IMG/VR virus record: IMGVR_UViG_3300042558_005646
Reading direction: 5' to 3' (one strand)
DNA: 64,000 bases
From: a virus
The notes beneath the pieces were generated by a model. The model was not told the origin of the DNA, searched no databases, and was given only the letters and a program-made list of their open reading frames with translations. Shown here piece after piece: positions 28,102 to 37,040 of the stretch. A program made the position numbers and the translations under genes. The stretch's first letter is position 1. Every line of letters begins with the position of its first letter.

Positions 28102-29199
28102 TTAATCCATTGGGAAAAGAATGTGCTTAAAGTTTTCAGCTTCGAGCATCAATAAAATAAAATCATTATGCTTTATAAAATTAAGTTTTAATTTCTTGCT
28201 ATCGAGCAAATCCAAAACTCTTATCAAATGAGAAGAAACATAAGATACAGATAAAATTTCATAATTTTCAACTTCAATGGTATCTACAACAGCATTTTTT
28301 TCATTACTTGTTGCTGATATCACGATCTTGTTGATGTCAAGAGTTAAGTTTATCATATGAGAATTTGTAATATTGGATACAAACTTAACACTCTTTACCA
28401 ATGCATCTTTTTCTAAATCGAGTGAAAGAAAAAATTGATCACTGAAAAATTGATTGAAGTTTGAAAAGATCTTCTCGTAAGTATTTTTCTCAAGATTGCA
28501 AGATAATTCTCCACCATTCCAGGTCAAATAAATTTTGCTATTATAAAGAGAGAAAACGATGCCAGGTATTTTTTCAATATAATAAAGAACTACATCTGAA
28601 ATTGTTTTGGAAATCAGATAAGATTGTTGTAATTCATATTTTTTACCAAACACGCTAATTCTATGCTTGTCTGAAGATTGAGTGTTTATTTTTCCATCTT
28701 CTATAAACCAAAGAATAGAAGTGTAAGGATGTTCATCAAAATCAGGTGCGCAAGAAAATGAAGTCATTTTTATACTGTGAACAAAATCATCTGCTGTAAT
28801 ATCTAGCGTTTCTAAATCTTGAGAAAAACTAACAATAAAATTATCAACAGGAACGGTAGCCAAAGATACTCTAGTTTTCTTGTTTCCAAAGATGAGTAAA
28901 TTGTCGGCAGGGCTATAAATAAATTGAACTTCTTCTGTTGGAAAGTTATTTAAAGCATTGAAAAAAGAAGACACGTCTAAGCCAAATGTTCCATCTTCTG
29001 TAGGTTGAACATTTGTAAGTAAAAACTTTGAACAACAGAAATTGTTTTCTGTCTGTACGTAAAGCTTCCCATCAATTGAATGAAAAATAAGACTACTTGA
29101 TGCAGCTTTATTTTCACGCATAGATAGCTTCGATTTTTCGATTTTATTAAGTAAGGCAAAACAAACGAGATGTTCTGCCTTATTCAACTTAAATTTCAA
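28102..29199 (-). CDS. dnaN: DNA polymerase III beta sliding clamp
   Basis: About 365 aa with three-domain beta-clamp spacing; SSDKHRIS equivalent of ATDGHRLA; TTG start overlapping the purA stop. Confidence 0.75.
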   Translation of the reverse strand: MKFKLNKAEHLVCFALLNKIEKSKLSMRENKAASSSLIFHSIDGKLYVQTENNFCCSKFLLTNVQPTEDGTFGLDVSSFFNALNNFPTEEVQFIYSPADNLLIFGNKKTRVSLATVPVDNFIVSFSQDLETLDITADDFVHSIKMTSFSCAPDFDEHPYTSILWFIEDGKINTQSSDKHRISVFGKKYELQQSYLISKTISDVVLYYIEKIPGIVFSLYNSKIYLTWNGGELSCNLEKNTYEKIFSNFNQFFSDQFFLSLDLEKDALVKSVKFVSNITNSHMINLTLDINKIVISATSNEKNAVVDTIEVENYEILSVSYVSSHLIRVLDLLDSKKLKLNFIKHNDFILLMLEAENFKHILFPMD

Positions 29200-30191
29200 T
29201 GCAGTTGTCCTTGAAATTGGATAAATACACCAGGAAGAACCATTCCAACTTCTTTCCAAATATTAGAAACAAATGTATCTTCATTTGCACAAGAAATCAA
29301 CATATTATTTTCGTAATAATTCCAAGCGCTGTCAACTTGTCGAAGAACATCCATTTTGTTGATAATAAGCTTTGTAACACCATTCATTTGACAAGCAGTT
29401 ATGACTTCTTGGATATTTAGCCAGTCGATTTGTCTTGGTCGTCCGGTTGTGGCTCCATACTCTTGACCAATTTCTCTGAGTTGTTCAAATCGCTCGTCAT
29501 CTTTTTGGTATCCTTTAGCTCCAACATAGGTAGAATAACACTTGATAACCCCGACAACATCCCGTACTTGCTTATAATTGAAACCATTGTTTAATACTGC
29601 TCCTACTCCAGTGTTTGATGAAGTGACATAAGGATAATCACCAAAGTCAATATCAAGCCAATATCCTTGAGCACCTTCAGCTAAAAATTTCTTGGGTGAA
29701 GAATGAATAAGGCTGTGCATATCAACAAGATATGGTGCCAATTCTGGAACATCTTTAGCACGAAGACCTGTGCGACCAACTTTGTCTTTATAACAAGGGC
29801 CATTTCCAGTGCGAGTTGTTCCAATAGTTGTATCTTTGGAATCTTCGTCAATATGTTCTTGGGTAATTATGTGTGCGTTTTCTGCAATCTTTAAAAGCGA
29901 TGTATTGAATCCAAGTCCTTCAAGATACGCAAGTTCGTCAAATAATTTTTGCGTATTGATAACACAACCATTACCAATGACACTAGGAATGCCATGCAGA
30001 ACGCCACAAGGAACAAGATGCGTAACAATTTTCTCTCCATTGATGTAAATTGTATGACCAGCATTTCCTCCACCGTTAAAACGGACAACGTAGTCATATT
30101 CACCTGATGCAGCCATTTGATTGGCTATTTTGCCCTTGCCTTCATCACCATACTGCATACCGATAACTACATCAACAATTGAAGTTTCCAT
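29196..30191 (-). CDS. purA: Adenylosuccinate synthetase, short form
   Basis: GMQYGDEGKG, GGGNAGHT, EGAQG, YPYVTSS, EYGATTGRPR. Confidence 0.92.
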   Translation of the reverse strand: METSIVDVVIGMQYGDEGKGKIANQMAASGEYDYVVRFNGGGNAGHTIYINGEKIVTHLVPCGVLHGIPSVIGNGCVINTQKLFDELAYLEGLGFNTSLLKIAENAHIITQEHIDEDSKDTTIGTTRTGNGPCYKDKVGRTGLRAKDVPELAPYLVDMHSLIHSSPKKFLAEGAQGYWLDIDFGDYPYVTSSNTGVGAVLNNGFNYKQVRDVVGVIKCYSTYVGAKGYQKDDERFEQLREIGQEYGATTGRPRQIDWLNIQEVITACQMNGVTKLIINKMDVLRQVDSAWNYYENNMLISCANEDTFVSNIWKEVGMVLPGVFIQFQGQLH

Positions 30192-30197
30192 ATGCAC

Positions 30198-30226
30198 ATT
30201 CTACTTCATTGTAGAGATGCAAGCAA
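30198..30226 (-). promoter_or_regulatory. Sigma-70-type promoter, probably leaderless, for purA
   Basis: TTGCTT-N17-TAGAAT-N6-ATG with no Shine-Dalgarno sequence. Confidence 0.55.
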
Positions 30227-30227
30227 G

Positions 30228-30851
30228 TTATAATTCTATGTCTTTTTCTTCGTCAAAAAACTCTCTATCATCAATACCATTTACAACAACATCAACGTGT
30301 GTATCTGGGAATTTTTGTCGAACTTTTTCCATTGCTTCTTCTTTGCTGTAATCTTCAAGGGTCAAATTTGAAGTGAAAACTACATCGTGAGAAATTTCTT
30401 CGGCATCTTCTTCCTCACCATATAAATTTTCTAATCCAGGGATAGAAAGCTGATCTGTTAAGAGTTTGCCCTCTTTGTCAGAACCTTTTGATAATGATTT
30501 TAATGATAAAGGATCTAAAAAGAAAAATTTCCATACTCCACTTTCAGGAAATAAAATAATTTGAGGATAAATTGCAAAATGTCTTCTTGTTCCTTTGGAT
30601 CTTTCAACAAGTTGTTCCATAGGATCTTTTGATGGATCTACAGTGAACTTTTCATCTCCAAGAACCTCTACAATATCTCTGCCTTGTTTTCTTGCTTTAG
30701 TTAATGCAAAATCAGAATATGTCTCTGGATTTCTATACACAGTATCAAAGTCTAAATCTGATTGATCTATTGCAACTTTGGTAAATTTGTCAGCAAGTTT
30801 GAAGCATCCTAAATTGTCTAGGATAGAAGCAGTGCGAAGAAAATTTATCAT
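30228..30851 (-). CDS. Hypothetical protein with LDxxG leader
   Basis: MINFLRTASILDNLGCFKLADKFTKVA. Confidence 0.5.
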   Translation of the reverse strand: MINFLRTASILDNLGCFKLADKFTKVAIDQSDLDFDTVYRNPETYSDFALTKARKQGRDIVEVLGDEKFTVDPSKDPMEQLVERSKGTRRHFAIYPQIILFPESGVWKFFFLDPLSLKSLSKGSDKEGKLLTDQLSIPGLENLYGEEEDAEEISHDVVFTSNLTLEDYSKEEAMEKVRQKFPDTHVDVVVNGIDDREFFDEEKDIEL

Positions 30852-31555
30852 AACTTACTTTTTGGCACTTTATGAGTAGCATCCTTCTTCTCATCATCTT
30901 TGAATTGAGTATAAACTTCAGATGCTTTTTTTCTAATTCTTGTAAGTGCATTGTCAACACATTTGGCTGGAACACTTAGTGTTTGTGAAATTTCTTTATA
31001 TGAAGAATTGTGGCCATACTCAACAAATATATCTGCCTCTAATGGCGTAAGCTTGTCCATCAATAGTTCTGAGTTTAATTCTAGTTCTTCTCTAACAATA
31101 AGATCTTCTACTAAATTTACTTCTGGAGATTCATCATAAGGATTTTTCTTATCAGGGATATAGTCTCCCAAAGAATGGAAATTACCATCGTCATTTAAAA
31201 TAAAAGGAGCGTCAAGCGAAATAGAATCATTCAAAGCTGAATTCTTCATTCTTTTCGCTGACGCTATAGCTGTTGCAAGATGTCTTTTACAAACTAAATT
31301 TACGCAAAAGTTCTTAAATGTTGTATCTTTAGTACAATCGTAGGAATTTACCGCTTTAAATACACCTAATCTCAATTCTTGCATTACATCTTCTCTGTCT
31401 CCACCGACTATGAAAAAGTGTGGTGCAATCTTTTTGAGATCTGGTTCTACCATCTTGAGCAGTTTTTTAAAGGCTGCTTCATTACCTGCTTTTGCTCTAT
31501 TGACTATTCTTACTATTCTGAAATCTTCGGTTGCCATCAAAACTCCCGAAGGCAT
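30848..31555 (-). CDS. sigH: SigH-like sigma factor
   Basis: GGDREDVMQELRLGVFKAVNSYD, KRHLATAIASAKRMKNSALNDSISLDAP and SYKEIS...KCVDNALTRIRKK align with recalled B. subtilis SigH motifs. Confidence 0.8.
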   Translation of the reverse strand: MPSGVLMATEDFRIVRIVNRAKAGNEAAFKKLLKMVEPDLKKIAPHFFIVGGDREDVMQELRLGVFKAVNSYDCTKDTTFKNFCVNLVCKRHLATAIASAKRMKNSALNDSISLDAPFILNDDGNFHSLGDYIPDKKNPYDESPEVNLVEDLIVREELELNSELLMDKLTPLEADIFVEYGHNSSYKEISQTLSVPAKCVDNALTRIRKKASEVYTQFKDDEKKDATHKVPKSKL

Positions 31556-31577
31556 AATTCATTATAAAAACTTCTTT

Positions 31578-32639
31578 TTACGCCTTTTCCCTATTTGCGT
31601 ACTTTTCTATAATTTTGAGGATACCTGTAGTTGCAACAATATCCTCAGAGACAGTTTGCCTTATATCTTTTGAAATGTTATACAATTGTTCTGCGATATC
31701 TATAAGCAACAAAGTATCAACAGACTTGGCTATTTCTTCTATATCAGGGACTCTTTCACCCTTTTTTGTCTTTATTACAACATATCTGAATGCTGTTATG
31801 AAGATTTGAGATGTTTCAAGTAATAAATTACCTAAGTTTCTTCCCTCTGCATTGGAAGCTTGAATTATTCTAAAAGCATTGGCAAAATCTTCATTGATAA
31901 CACAAAAAGAAAGATCAATTGCTAATTGTTTTGGTGATCTATCAAGCAACTCTCTAATGTTTTCTTCTGATATATCACTCATAGAAGCTTGTTCAAGAAT
32001 AGAAAGAGCAGTTCTAGCACTTCCTTCAGCATCAGTTGCAATAAGATTCAAGGCTTCTTCGTCATAAACAAGATTTTCTTTCTCACAAACTTCTTCTAAT
32101 AATTGAACAAGATTTTGCTTGGTCAATTTCTTCATAAGAAAAGTCTGACAACGAGTATGTATTGCACGAAGAATTTTATGTGGGTCAGTTGTGCAAAAGA
32201 AAAACTTTACATACGCTGGTGGTTCTTCAGTAAGCTTAATTAGAGATGTTTGCGCTTGAGTGGTAAGCATTTGAGCTTCATCAAGAATAAAAATCTTGTA
32301 CTTACCCAAAGTTGGAGCAAGACGAGATAGTTGAACTACATTTTCTCGAATATGATCAACACCATTATTTACAGCGCAATTAATTTCATAAACATCAGGA
32401 TGCTCATCACTCAACACCATATCCTTCAAATCATCTTGATCGTCATTACAAAGAAGATGAGCTGAAGCAACACGGGCAAGAGTTGTCTTACCAGTGCCAG
32501 GAGGACCAGCTAAGATGTAAGCATGAGTAGTCCTTTTATTCTGAATCTGTGTTTCAAGAATTTCAGCAGATTTACTACCCTTGATATCCTTAAATGTTCT
32601 AGGGCGATATTTATTGTAATAGCTTTGACTAATCATCAT
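31578..32639 (-). CDS. dnaX: DNA polymerase III gamma/tau subunit (gamma-sized)
   Basis: KYRPRTF, GPPGTGKT, ILDEAQML, EEPP, RCQ. Confidence 0.9.
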   Translation of the reverse strand: MMISQSYYNKYRPRTFKDIKGSKSAEILETQIQNKRTTHAYILAGPPGTGKTTLARVASAHLLCNDDQDDLKDMVLSDEHPDVYEINCAVNNGVDHIRENVVQLSRLAPTLGKYKIFILDEAQMLTTQAQTSLIKLTEEPPAYVKFFFCTTDPHKILRAIHTRCQTFLMKKLTKQNLVQLLEEVCEKENLVYDEEALNLIATDAEGSARTALSILEQASMSDISEENIRELLDRSPKQLAIDLSFCVINEDFANAFRIIQASNAEGRNLGNLLLETSQIFITAFRYVVIKTKKGERVPDIEEIAKSVDTLLLIDIAEQLYNISKDIRQTVSEDIVATTGILKIIEKYANREKA

Positions 32640-33111
32640 CTTCCATTGGTAAAATTAAAGGTAAAGCGTGAGTGCCATCCAACAATGAAGGCAATCCATC
32701 TTTCAATATCCAGTATGGACCATATCCGGCTCTAACAAAGTATTCTGTAATAAAGCCAAAATCCTGTACATCGAATGAACGAATTTTACCATCTTGTGAA
32801 GGACTTATAGAGTACAAGCAACGGAAAATAATCCATTCTTTTTTTGACTGCTCTAATTCTTCCCAGAGATCAGACCAGACTCCAAGGCAATAAACTTTAC
32901 CATTGCCAAGAGATTGTAAAATTCCCCTAGCCCAAGATTGAGTTAACCCCGACATAATATATGGCGGGGCATTCTTTCCTTTATATCCATCCATTTCAAC
33001 AAAGTGAACTAAATCTAAGTTTACATATCCTATAAATGGATAATATTTAGAAATAAGTTTTTCTGCAATTTCTTTGCATTCAATAGATTCAATAAATTCT
33101 GGATCACTCAT
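32629..33111 (-). CDS. Phage metallopeptidase-like protein lacking the HE motif
   Basis: Layout (EIAEKLI, W..L...KEWII, DVQDF) resembles the putative phage metallopeptidase family, but HExxH is absent. Confidence 0.4.
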   Translation of the reverse strand: MSDPEFIESIECKEIAEKLISKYYPFIGYVNLDLVHFVEMDGYKGKNAPPYIMSGLTQSWARGILQSLGNGKVYCLGVWSDLWEELEQSKKEWIIFRCLYSISPSQDGKIRSFDVQDFGFITEYFVRAGYGPYWILKDGLPSLLDGTHALPLILPMEDDD

Positions 33112-33443
33112 AATGATAACTGAGTAACTGCTACAACTTGACCACTCTCATCACGAATTGCTGTTGGACCTGTATCTACACTAAATACATCTTCACGATC
33201 AAATGGAATGAACTCCATTGATACTCTGTTGACTATGTAATAAACACCATCTTCAGGATCAGGAAGATTTACAATCTTTTCAAAATGAGTTTCAGCAACA
33301 GGAACGCTTGCAACTTTACCAATAATTCTTTGTTTAGTTTGAACAAAGCAAGGATTTTCTGCCCTTGGTAAAGTTCCATATCCTGAAATTGTAATATCGT
33401 GTCCAATTAAGTTCACAAATTTTTTAAATTCTGGATACATCAT
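33108..33443 (-). CDS. Hypothetical protein
   Basis: NLIGHDI...LPDPEDGVYYIV...RDESGQVVA resembles a small protein family often seen in phages. Confidence 0.5.
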   Translation of the reverse strand: MMYPEFKKFVNLIGHDITISGYGTLPRAENPCFVQTKQRIIGKVASVPVAETHFEKIVNLPDPEDGVYYIVNRVSMEFIPFDREDVFSVDTGPTAIRDESGQVVAVTQLSL

Positions 33444-33817
33444 AAATCTATCCCTGCTACACCTTCATTGCGCTTTGGCTGACAAACAAAGGCTGACTGA
33501 TCTCCATTAGCTCTCAAATCATTTATAAGAACTCTAGACCCACCGCCAATGCCCATTACTAATTGATCATAAACAATACCAGCATAAGAAAGCTGCTTGA
33601 CTGTTACATCTCGCAAGCTTTCTTTACGTCCAGTAGTAAGAATGATCTTATAGCCTTTGCTATCCCATTCACGAACCTTGTCTACGGTTCCGTGAATAAT
33701 TTTAGGTTGATATCCAGGTTTGGCAATTTCAGTAGGATCACCTTGTTCCCAAAGTGTTCCATCTAAATCACAAAAAATAGTGTAATTCTTTGTGGCTTGG
33801 TCAATGTTATGTTCCAT
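33440..33817 (-). CDS. HAD-superfamily phosphatase
   Basis: CDLDGTL, LTTGR, INDLR. Confidence 0.8.
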   Translation of the reverse strand: MEHNIDQATKNYTIFCDLDGTLWEQGDPTEIAKPGYQPKIIHGTVDKVREWDSKGYKIILTTGRKESLRDVTVKQLSYAGIVYDQLVMGIGGGSRVLINDLRANGDQSAFVCQPKRNEGVAGIDL

Positions 33818-34338
33818 TACTTACCTGTACTACCCAATCCACCCTTGCGGGATGTCTTGTCAGTTGAAGTAAATTCTTCAACTTCTACAAGTTCGTGATC
33901 TGCCAACTTTGCTACAACCATTTGAGCAATTCGATCACCATGCTTGATTGAAAATGGAATCTTGTTGTGGTTAATAAGAATAACCTTAAGTTCAAAATCT
34001 TCTCCATCGCCACAATAATCACTGTCAATAGTGCCTGGAGTATTGAGAACTGTGACGCCAAATTTTGCAGCTAAACCGGAACGAGGGCGAATTTGGATCT
34101 CGTACCCATTTGGAATATTTACATTCAAGCCAGTAGGAACAATCAAAGTTGAATGTGGAGCAATAAGAGTTTGCTCATCATAAGATTCCTTAAGCCAAGC
34201 ACAAAGATCATACCCAGCAGCACTCTCAGTTGCCTTCTTGGGAATTACTGCGCTCTCACGAAAAGCTTTAATTTCAACTGTTGCCTTAGCAACAGTAGGC
34301 ATATTTACTGTAACTTGTCCACTACCTGATGCAGCCAT
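33817..34338 (-). CDS. dut: dUTPase (trimeric)
   Basis: AAGYDL, RPRSGLA, GTIDSDY, GDRIAQ, RKGGLGSTG. Confidence 0.95.
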   Translation of the reverse strand: MAASGSGQVTVNMPTVAKATVEIKAFRESAVIPKKATESAAGYDLCAWLKESYDEQTLIAPHSTLIVPTGLNVNIPNGYEIQIRPRSGLAAKFGVTVLNTPGTIDSDYCGDGEDFELKVILINHNKIPFSIKHGDRIAQMVVAKLADHELVEVEEFTSTDKTSRKGGLGSTGK

Positions 34339-34339
34339 A

Positions 34340-34657
34340 TTAAATTCCTTCCTCATTCTTAATCATATCGGCAGTAATCTCTTCATCATCTGGATTGAAG
34401 ATAAGAGATAATGGATGTTCACGATTCTTGAGAGCAATCGAAAAATTGATAAGTTCTCTACCTTCCAAATAACGATCCATTTTGGTCAATTCTTTGATAT
34501 CATCCAACGATAAAACAGCAGCATAAACTCTTTCAGACTTTACATCTTGAAGTTGAAGCCAAATAAATTGAACAATTGTAGGCTCATCTTCAGTGCCTTC
34601 ATCTTCTTTCAATACTGCATCTAAAATTTTTACTTCTCTAACTACTGATTTTGCCAT
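34340..34657 (-). CDS. Hypothetical protein
   Basis: 105-aa ORF heading the dut-dnaX operon; extended -10 box 6 nt upstream. Confidence 0.55.
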   Translation of the reverse strand: MAKSVVREVKILDAVLKEDEGTEDEPTIVQFIWLQLQDVKSERVYAAVLSLDDIKELTKMDRYLEGRELINFSIALKNREHPLSLIFNPDDEEITADMIKNEEGI

Positions 34658-34669
34658 ACAAGGATTTTA

Positions 34670-34685
34670 CCACAACATATAGTAA
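34670..34685. promoter_or_regulatory. NrdR-box-like site
   Basis: CCACAACATATAGTAA versus the consensus acaCwAtATaTwGtgt; only one copy found. Confidence 0.4.
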
Positions 34686-34694
34686 AAGTAAATT

Positions 34695-36647
34695 ATGTGG
34701 TATAGAATTGCACAAGAAAGATCTGTATTTAGACCTAGAGAATGGAAAAGTGAAGTTAAAAAAGAAGCTGATGGTACATCACTAACTTTTTATAGTCCTG
34801 CTAGACGTGTAAAAAATAAAACAAAATATGACCCAAGAGGTTCTTATTTTGGATTTTATCAAGAATATCCAAATATAAGAATTTTATTCAAATATCCTAA
34901 AGATTATGGGTCTTTGGATGATCCTTATAATAATATGTTAGAGTTTAATATACCGCAATCAGAAATAAACGAGATATTAAAAAGAGTTCTCAATGTATTA
35001 TCCAAATATAATAAAGGTTTTTTCCATGGTGAGACTATTGTAAATATTGTCTCTGAAATTCATCCTGATAAAGCTTCTGGGGTTAAACCTGCAGCATTTG
35101 CTGAATTAGGTGGTAATAAAGTTTTCTCTGACAAAGATAGTATTGCAATGGCGTTGGATCACGAAATTGGACATCTTTTAACAGATTTTCAACCACTTGA
35201 TGAAGAAAAAAAAATGATGACAGAAGGTTCTCCATCAATTTATGGTGAGGAGAGCTACAAGGAAGCTTTTGCTGAGGCATTTGAACTTCTGATGAAAAAG
35301 GGATACAATTTCAGATTTGAAGAAACTTCTCAAAATAACATTAAACAAAATAAACTTTTAGATTATGTTCGAAAAAAAATAAACCCTTCGGATTTTATAA
35401 ATTTACAATTTACCGAACCTGTCGAAAGTGGAAAATTTAATTTTAATGAAAATAAAGAAAAAGATTTATCTGATTATAATGCAGCTAGACATACTGCTTT
35501 AGTTGGCGCTTTTCAAAATGCCATAGATAAATTCAAGGGTGATAAAAATTCTTATGCAAAATCTTTATTATCAAATAAACAAAAAATTAACGAAATAGTC
35601 AAATATGTTAATGGATTGATGATGTTTATCAACAATCCTGCAAATCAAAAAGAAATAGATTTAGCTGTTAAAACAATTGGTATATCTTCTGATAAAAAAC
35701 CTAATCCTAATTCTTTTAATATTAATGGGACAAGATTTAATAAAATACTTGAAAAAGATGCGAGTACAAGTGTAAGTAAATTTTATTTACCAAAAGCAAT
35801 CAAAGACTTTATAGACATTAATATTGGAATGGCAAAATATTATGGACCTTCCAAAGTGCTTAACTCATTAATTTCTCAACCTAAACCTTATCATCCATTA
35901 GATGAATATATGCCAACTGAGTTATCTTACTTAGAAAAAGATCCAAAAAACTTTGGAGAATTTTGGGATCCTAGATACTCTATTAACAAAATACCAAAAA
36001 ATAAATTAAATAAAATTCCACAAGTCTCTGTTTTTGATCAACTTGTACCAGTTGATGAGTTGGAATATAAAATTGGTCAAAGCATTATCAATGCAAGCTC
36101 TTCAAAAAATAACACTTATTTAAACGATAGTTTTGAAATTGAATATCTAGCTAATAATTTAATAAAACAAATTTTTCCTCCACTTAATTATAAAAATCCA
36201 GAAGACTATCTTTATTACGATTTTCATTTAGATAGCTCTGGAGATTATAGTTTAGACACAAATGCAGTGGAACAAAAAATAAACAATGCAATTAACACAA
36301 GCGAATTTACAAAAAAAATGAATGACGCTCAAAAGAAAAAAATTGCATATGAATTGCGAACAAGAATAAATAGAGTTAAAAATTCTCATACAAATATATT
36401 AAACAAAACCATAGAAGAAGGAGATATTTTTGGAGATTCAAGCTTATTCCCAGGCGGTAAGTTTAGAAATATTGGATCAAGCATAAATGTAGCTAAACAA
36501 GCAGTAGACAAATTATTTACTGCAAAAATTCCAAGAAGAAATTTATTATTTATGAGAATTTATAACAATACTGGAATATCTGAAAAACAAAAACAAGAAT
36601 TGTTAAATTACTACAAATCCAAACAAGCGCAAGTTTTAAGGAAATAA
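34695..36647 (+). CDS. MWY-leader protein with a zincin motif
   Basis: MWYRIAQ leader; LDHEIGHLL followed by EAFAEAF. Confidence 0.55.
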   Translation: MWYRIAQERSVFRPREWKSEVKKEADGTSLTFYSPARRVKNKTKYDPRGSYFGFYQEYPNIRILFKYPKDYGSLDDPYNNMLEFNIPQSEINEILKRVLNVLSKYNKGFFHGETIVNIVSEIHPDKASGVKPAAFAELGGNKVFSDKDSIAMALDHEIGHLLTDFQPLDEEKKMMTEGSPSIYGEESYKEAFAEAFELLMKKGYNFRFEETSQNNIKQNKLLDYVRKKINPSDFINLQFTEPVESGKFNFNENKEKDLSDYNAARHTALVGAFQNAIDKFKGDKNSYAKSLLSNKQKINEIVKYVNGLMMFINNPANQKEIDLAVKTIGISSDKKPNPNSFNINGTRFNKILEKDASTSVSKFYLPKAIKDFIDINIGMAKYYGPSKVLNSLISQPKPYHPLDEYMPTELSYLEKDPKNFGEFWDPRYSINKIPKNKLNKIPQVSVFDQLVPVDELEYKIGQSIINASSSKNNTYLNDSFEIEYLANNLIKQIFPPLNYKNPEDYLYYDFHLDSSGDYSLDTNAVEQKINNAINTSEFTKKMNDAQKKKIAYELRTRINRVKNSHTNILNKTIEEGDIFGDSSLFPGGKFRNIGSSINVAKQAVDKLFTAKIPRRNLLFMRIYNNTGISEKQKQELLNYYKSKQAQVLRK

Positions 36648-36648
36648 T

Positions 36649-37011
36649 ATGTGGTACAAATTTGCCCAAGAACAAAATGATATTCTAGAATTAATCAATT
36701 TCTTCATAAATAAATATCCAGAAATTGTTTTAAGAATCAATGAATATGAAAACAAAATCAAATTAGATAAAATATTTATCCCCAAAGAAATGAGAGGGAT
36801 TGGCATAGGAACAGAAATAATTACTGCTCTTAAAGAATATAGCCAAAGAGTAAACAAACCAATTGTCCTCAACCCTGAACCTGAAAAAGGTAAAAAAGGT
36901 GCTCTTCAAAGATTTTATGAGCGAAATGAATTTGTAGATAATGCTGGAAGAAGAAAAGATTATGATTTAACAGACACATTTTCCAGAACTATGTACTATA
37001 AACCAAAATAA
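36649..37011 (+). CDS. MWY-leader GNAT acetyltransferase
   Basis: MWYKFAQ leader; IFIPKEMRGIGIGT acetyl-CoA motif; LQRFYERNEF. Confidence 0.75.
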   Translation: MWYKFAQEQNDILELINFFINKYPEIVLRINEYENKIKLDKIFIPKEMRGIGIGTEIITALKEYSQRVNKPIVLNPEPEKGKKGALQRFYERNEFVDNAGRRKDYDLTDTFSRTMYYKPK

Positions 37012-37040
37012 AAAAAGAGGGGAGAAATCCCCTCTTTTTT
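37011..37040. terminator. Bidirectional terminator
   Basis: AAAAAAGAGGGGA-GAAA-TCCCCTCTTTTTT between convergent genes. Confidence 0.9.

Noticed and set aside
29196-30191. PurZ / 2-aminoadenine DNA system
   Set aside because: The catalytic Asp in GDEGKG is retained (PurZ has Ser there) and no dATPase partner is recognisable in the window
31578-32639. dnaX gamma/tau programmed frameshift
   Set aside because: The ORF is already gamma-sized and the next gene follows immediately; no tau extension frame
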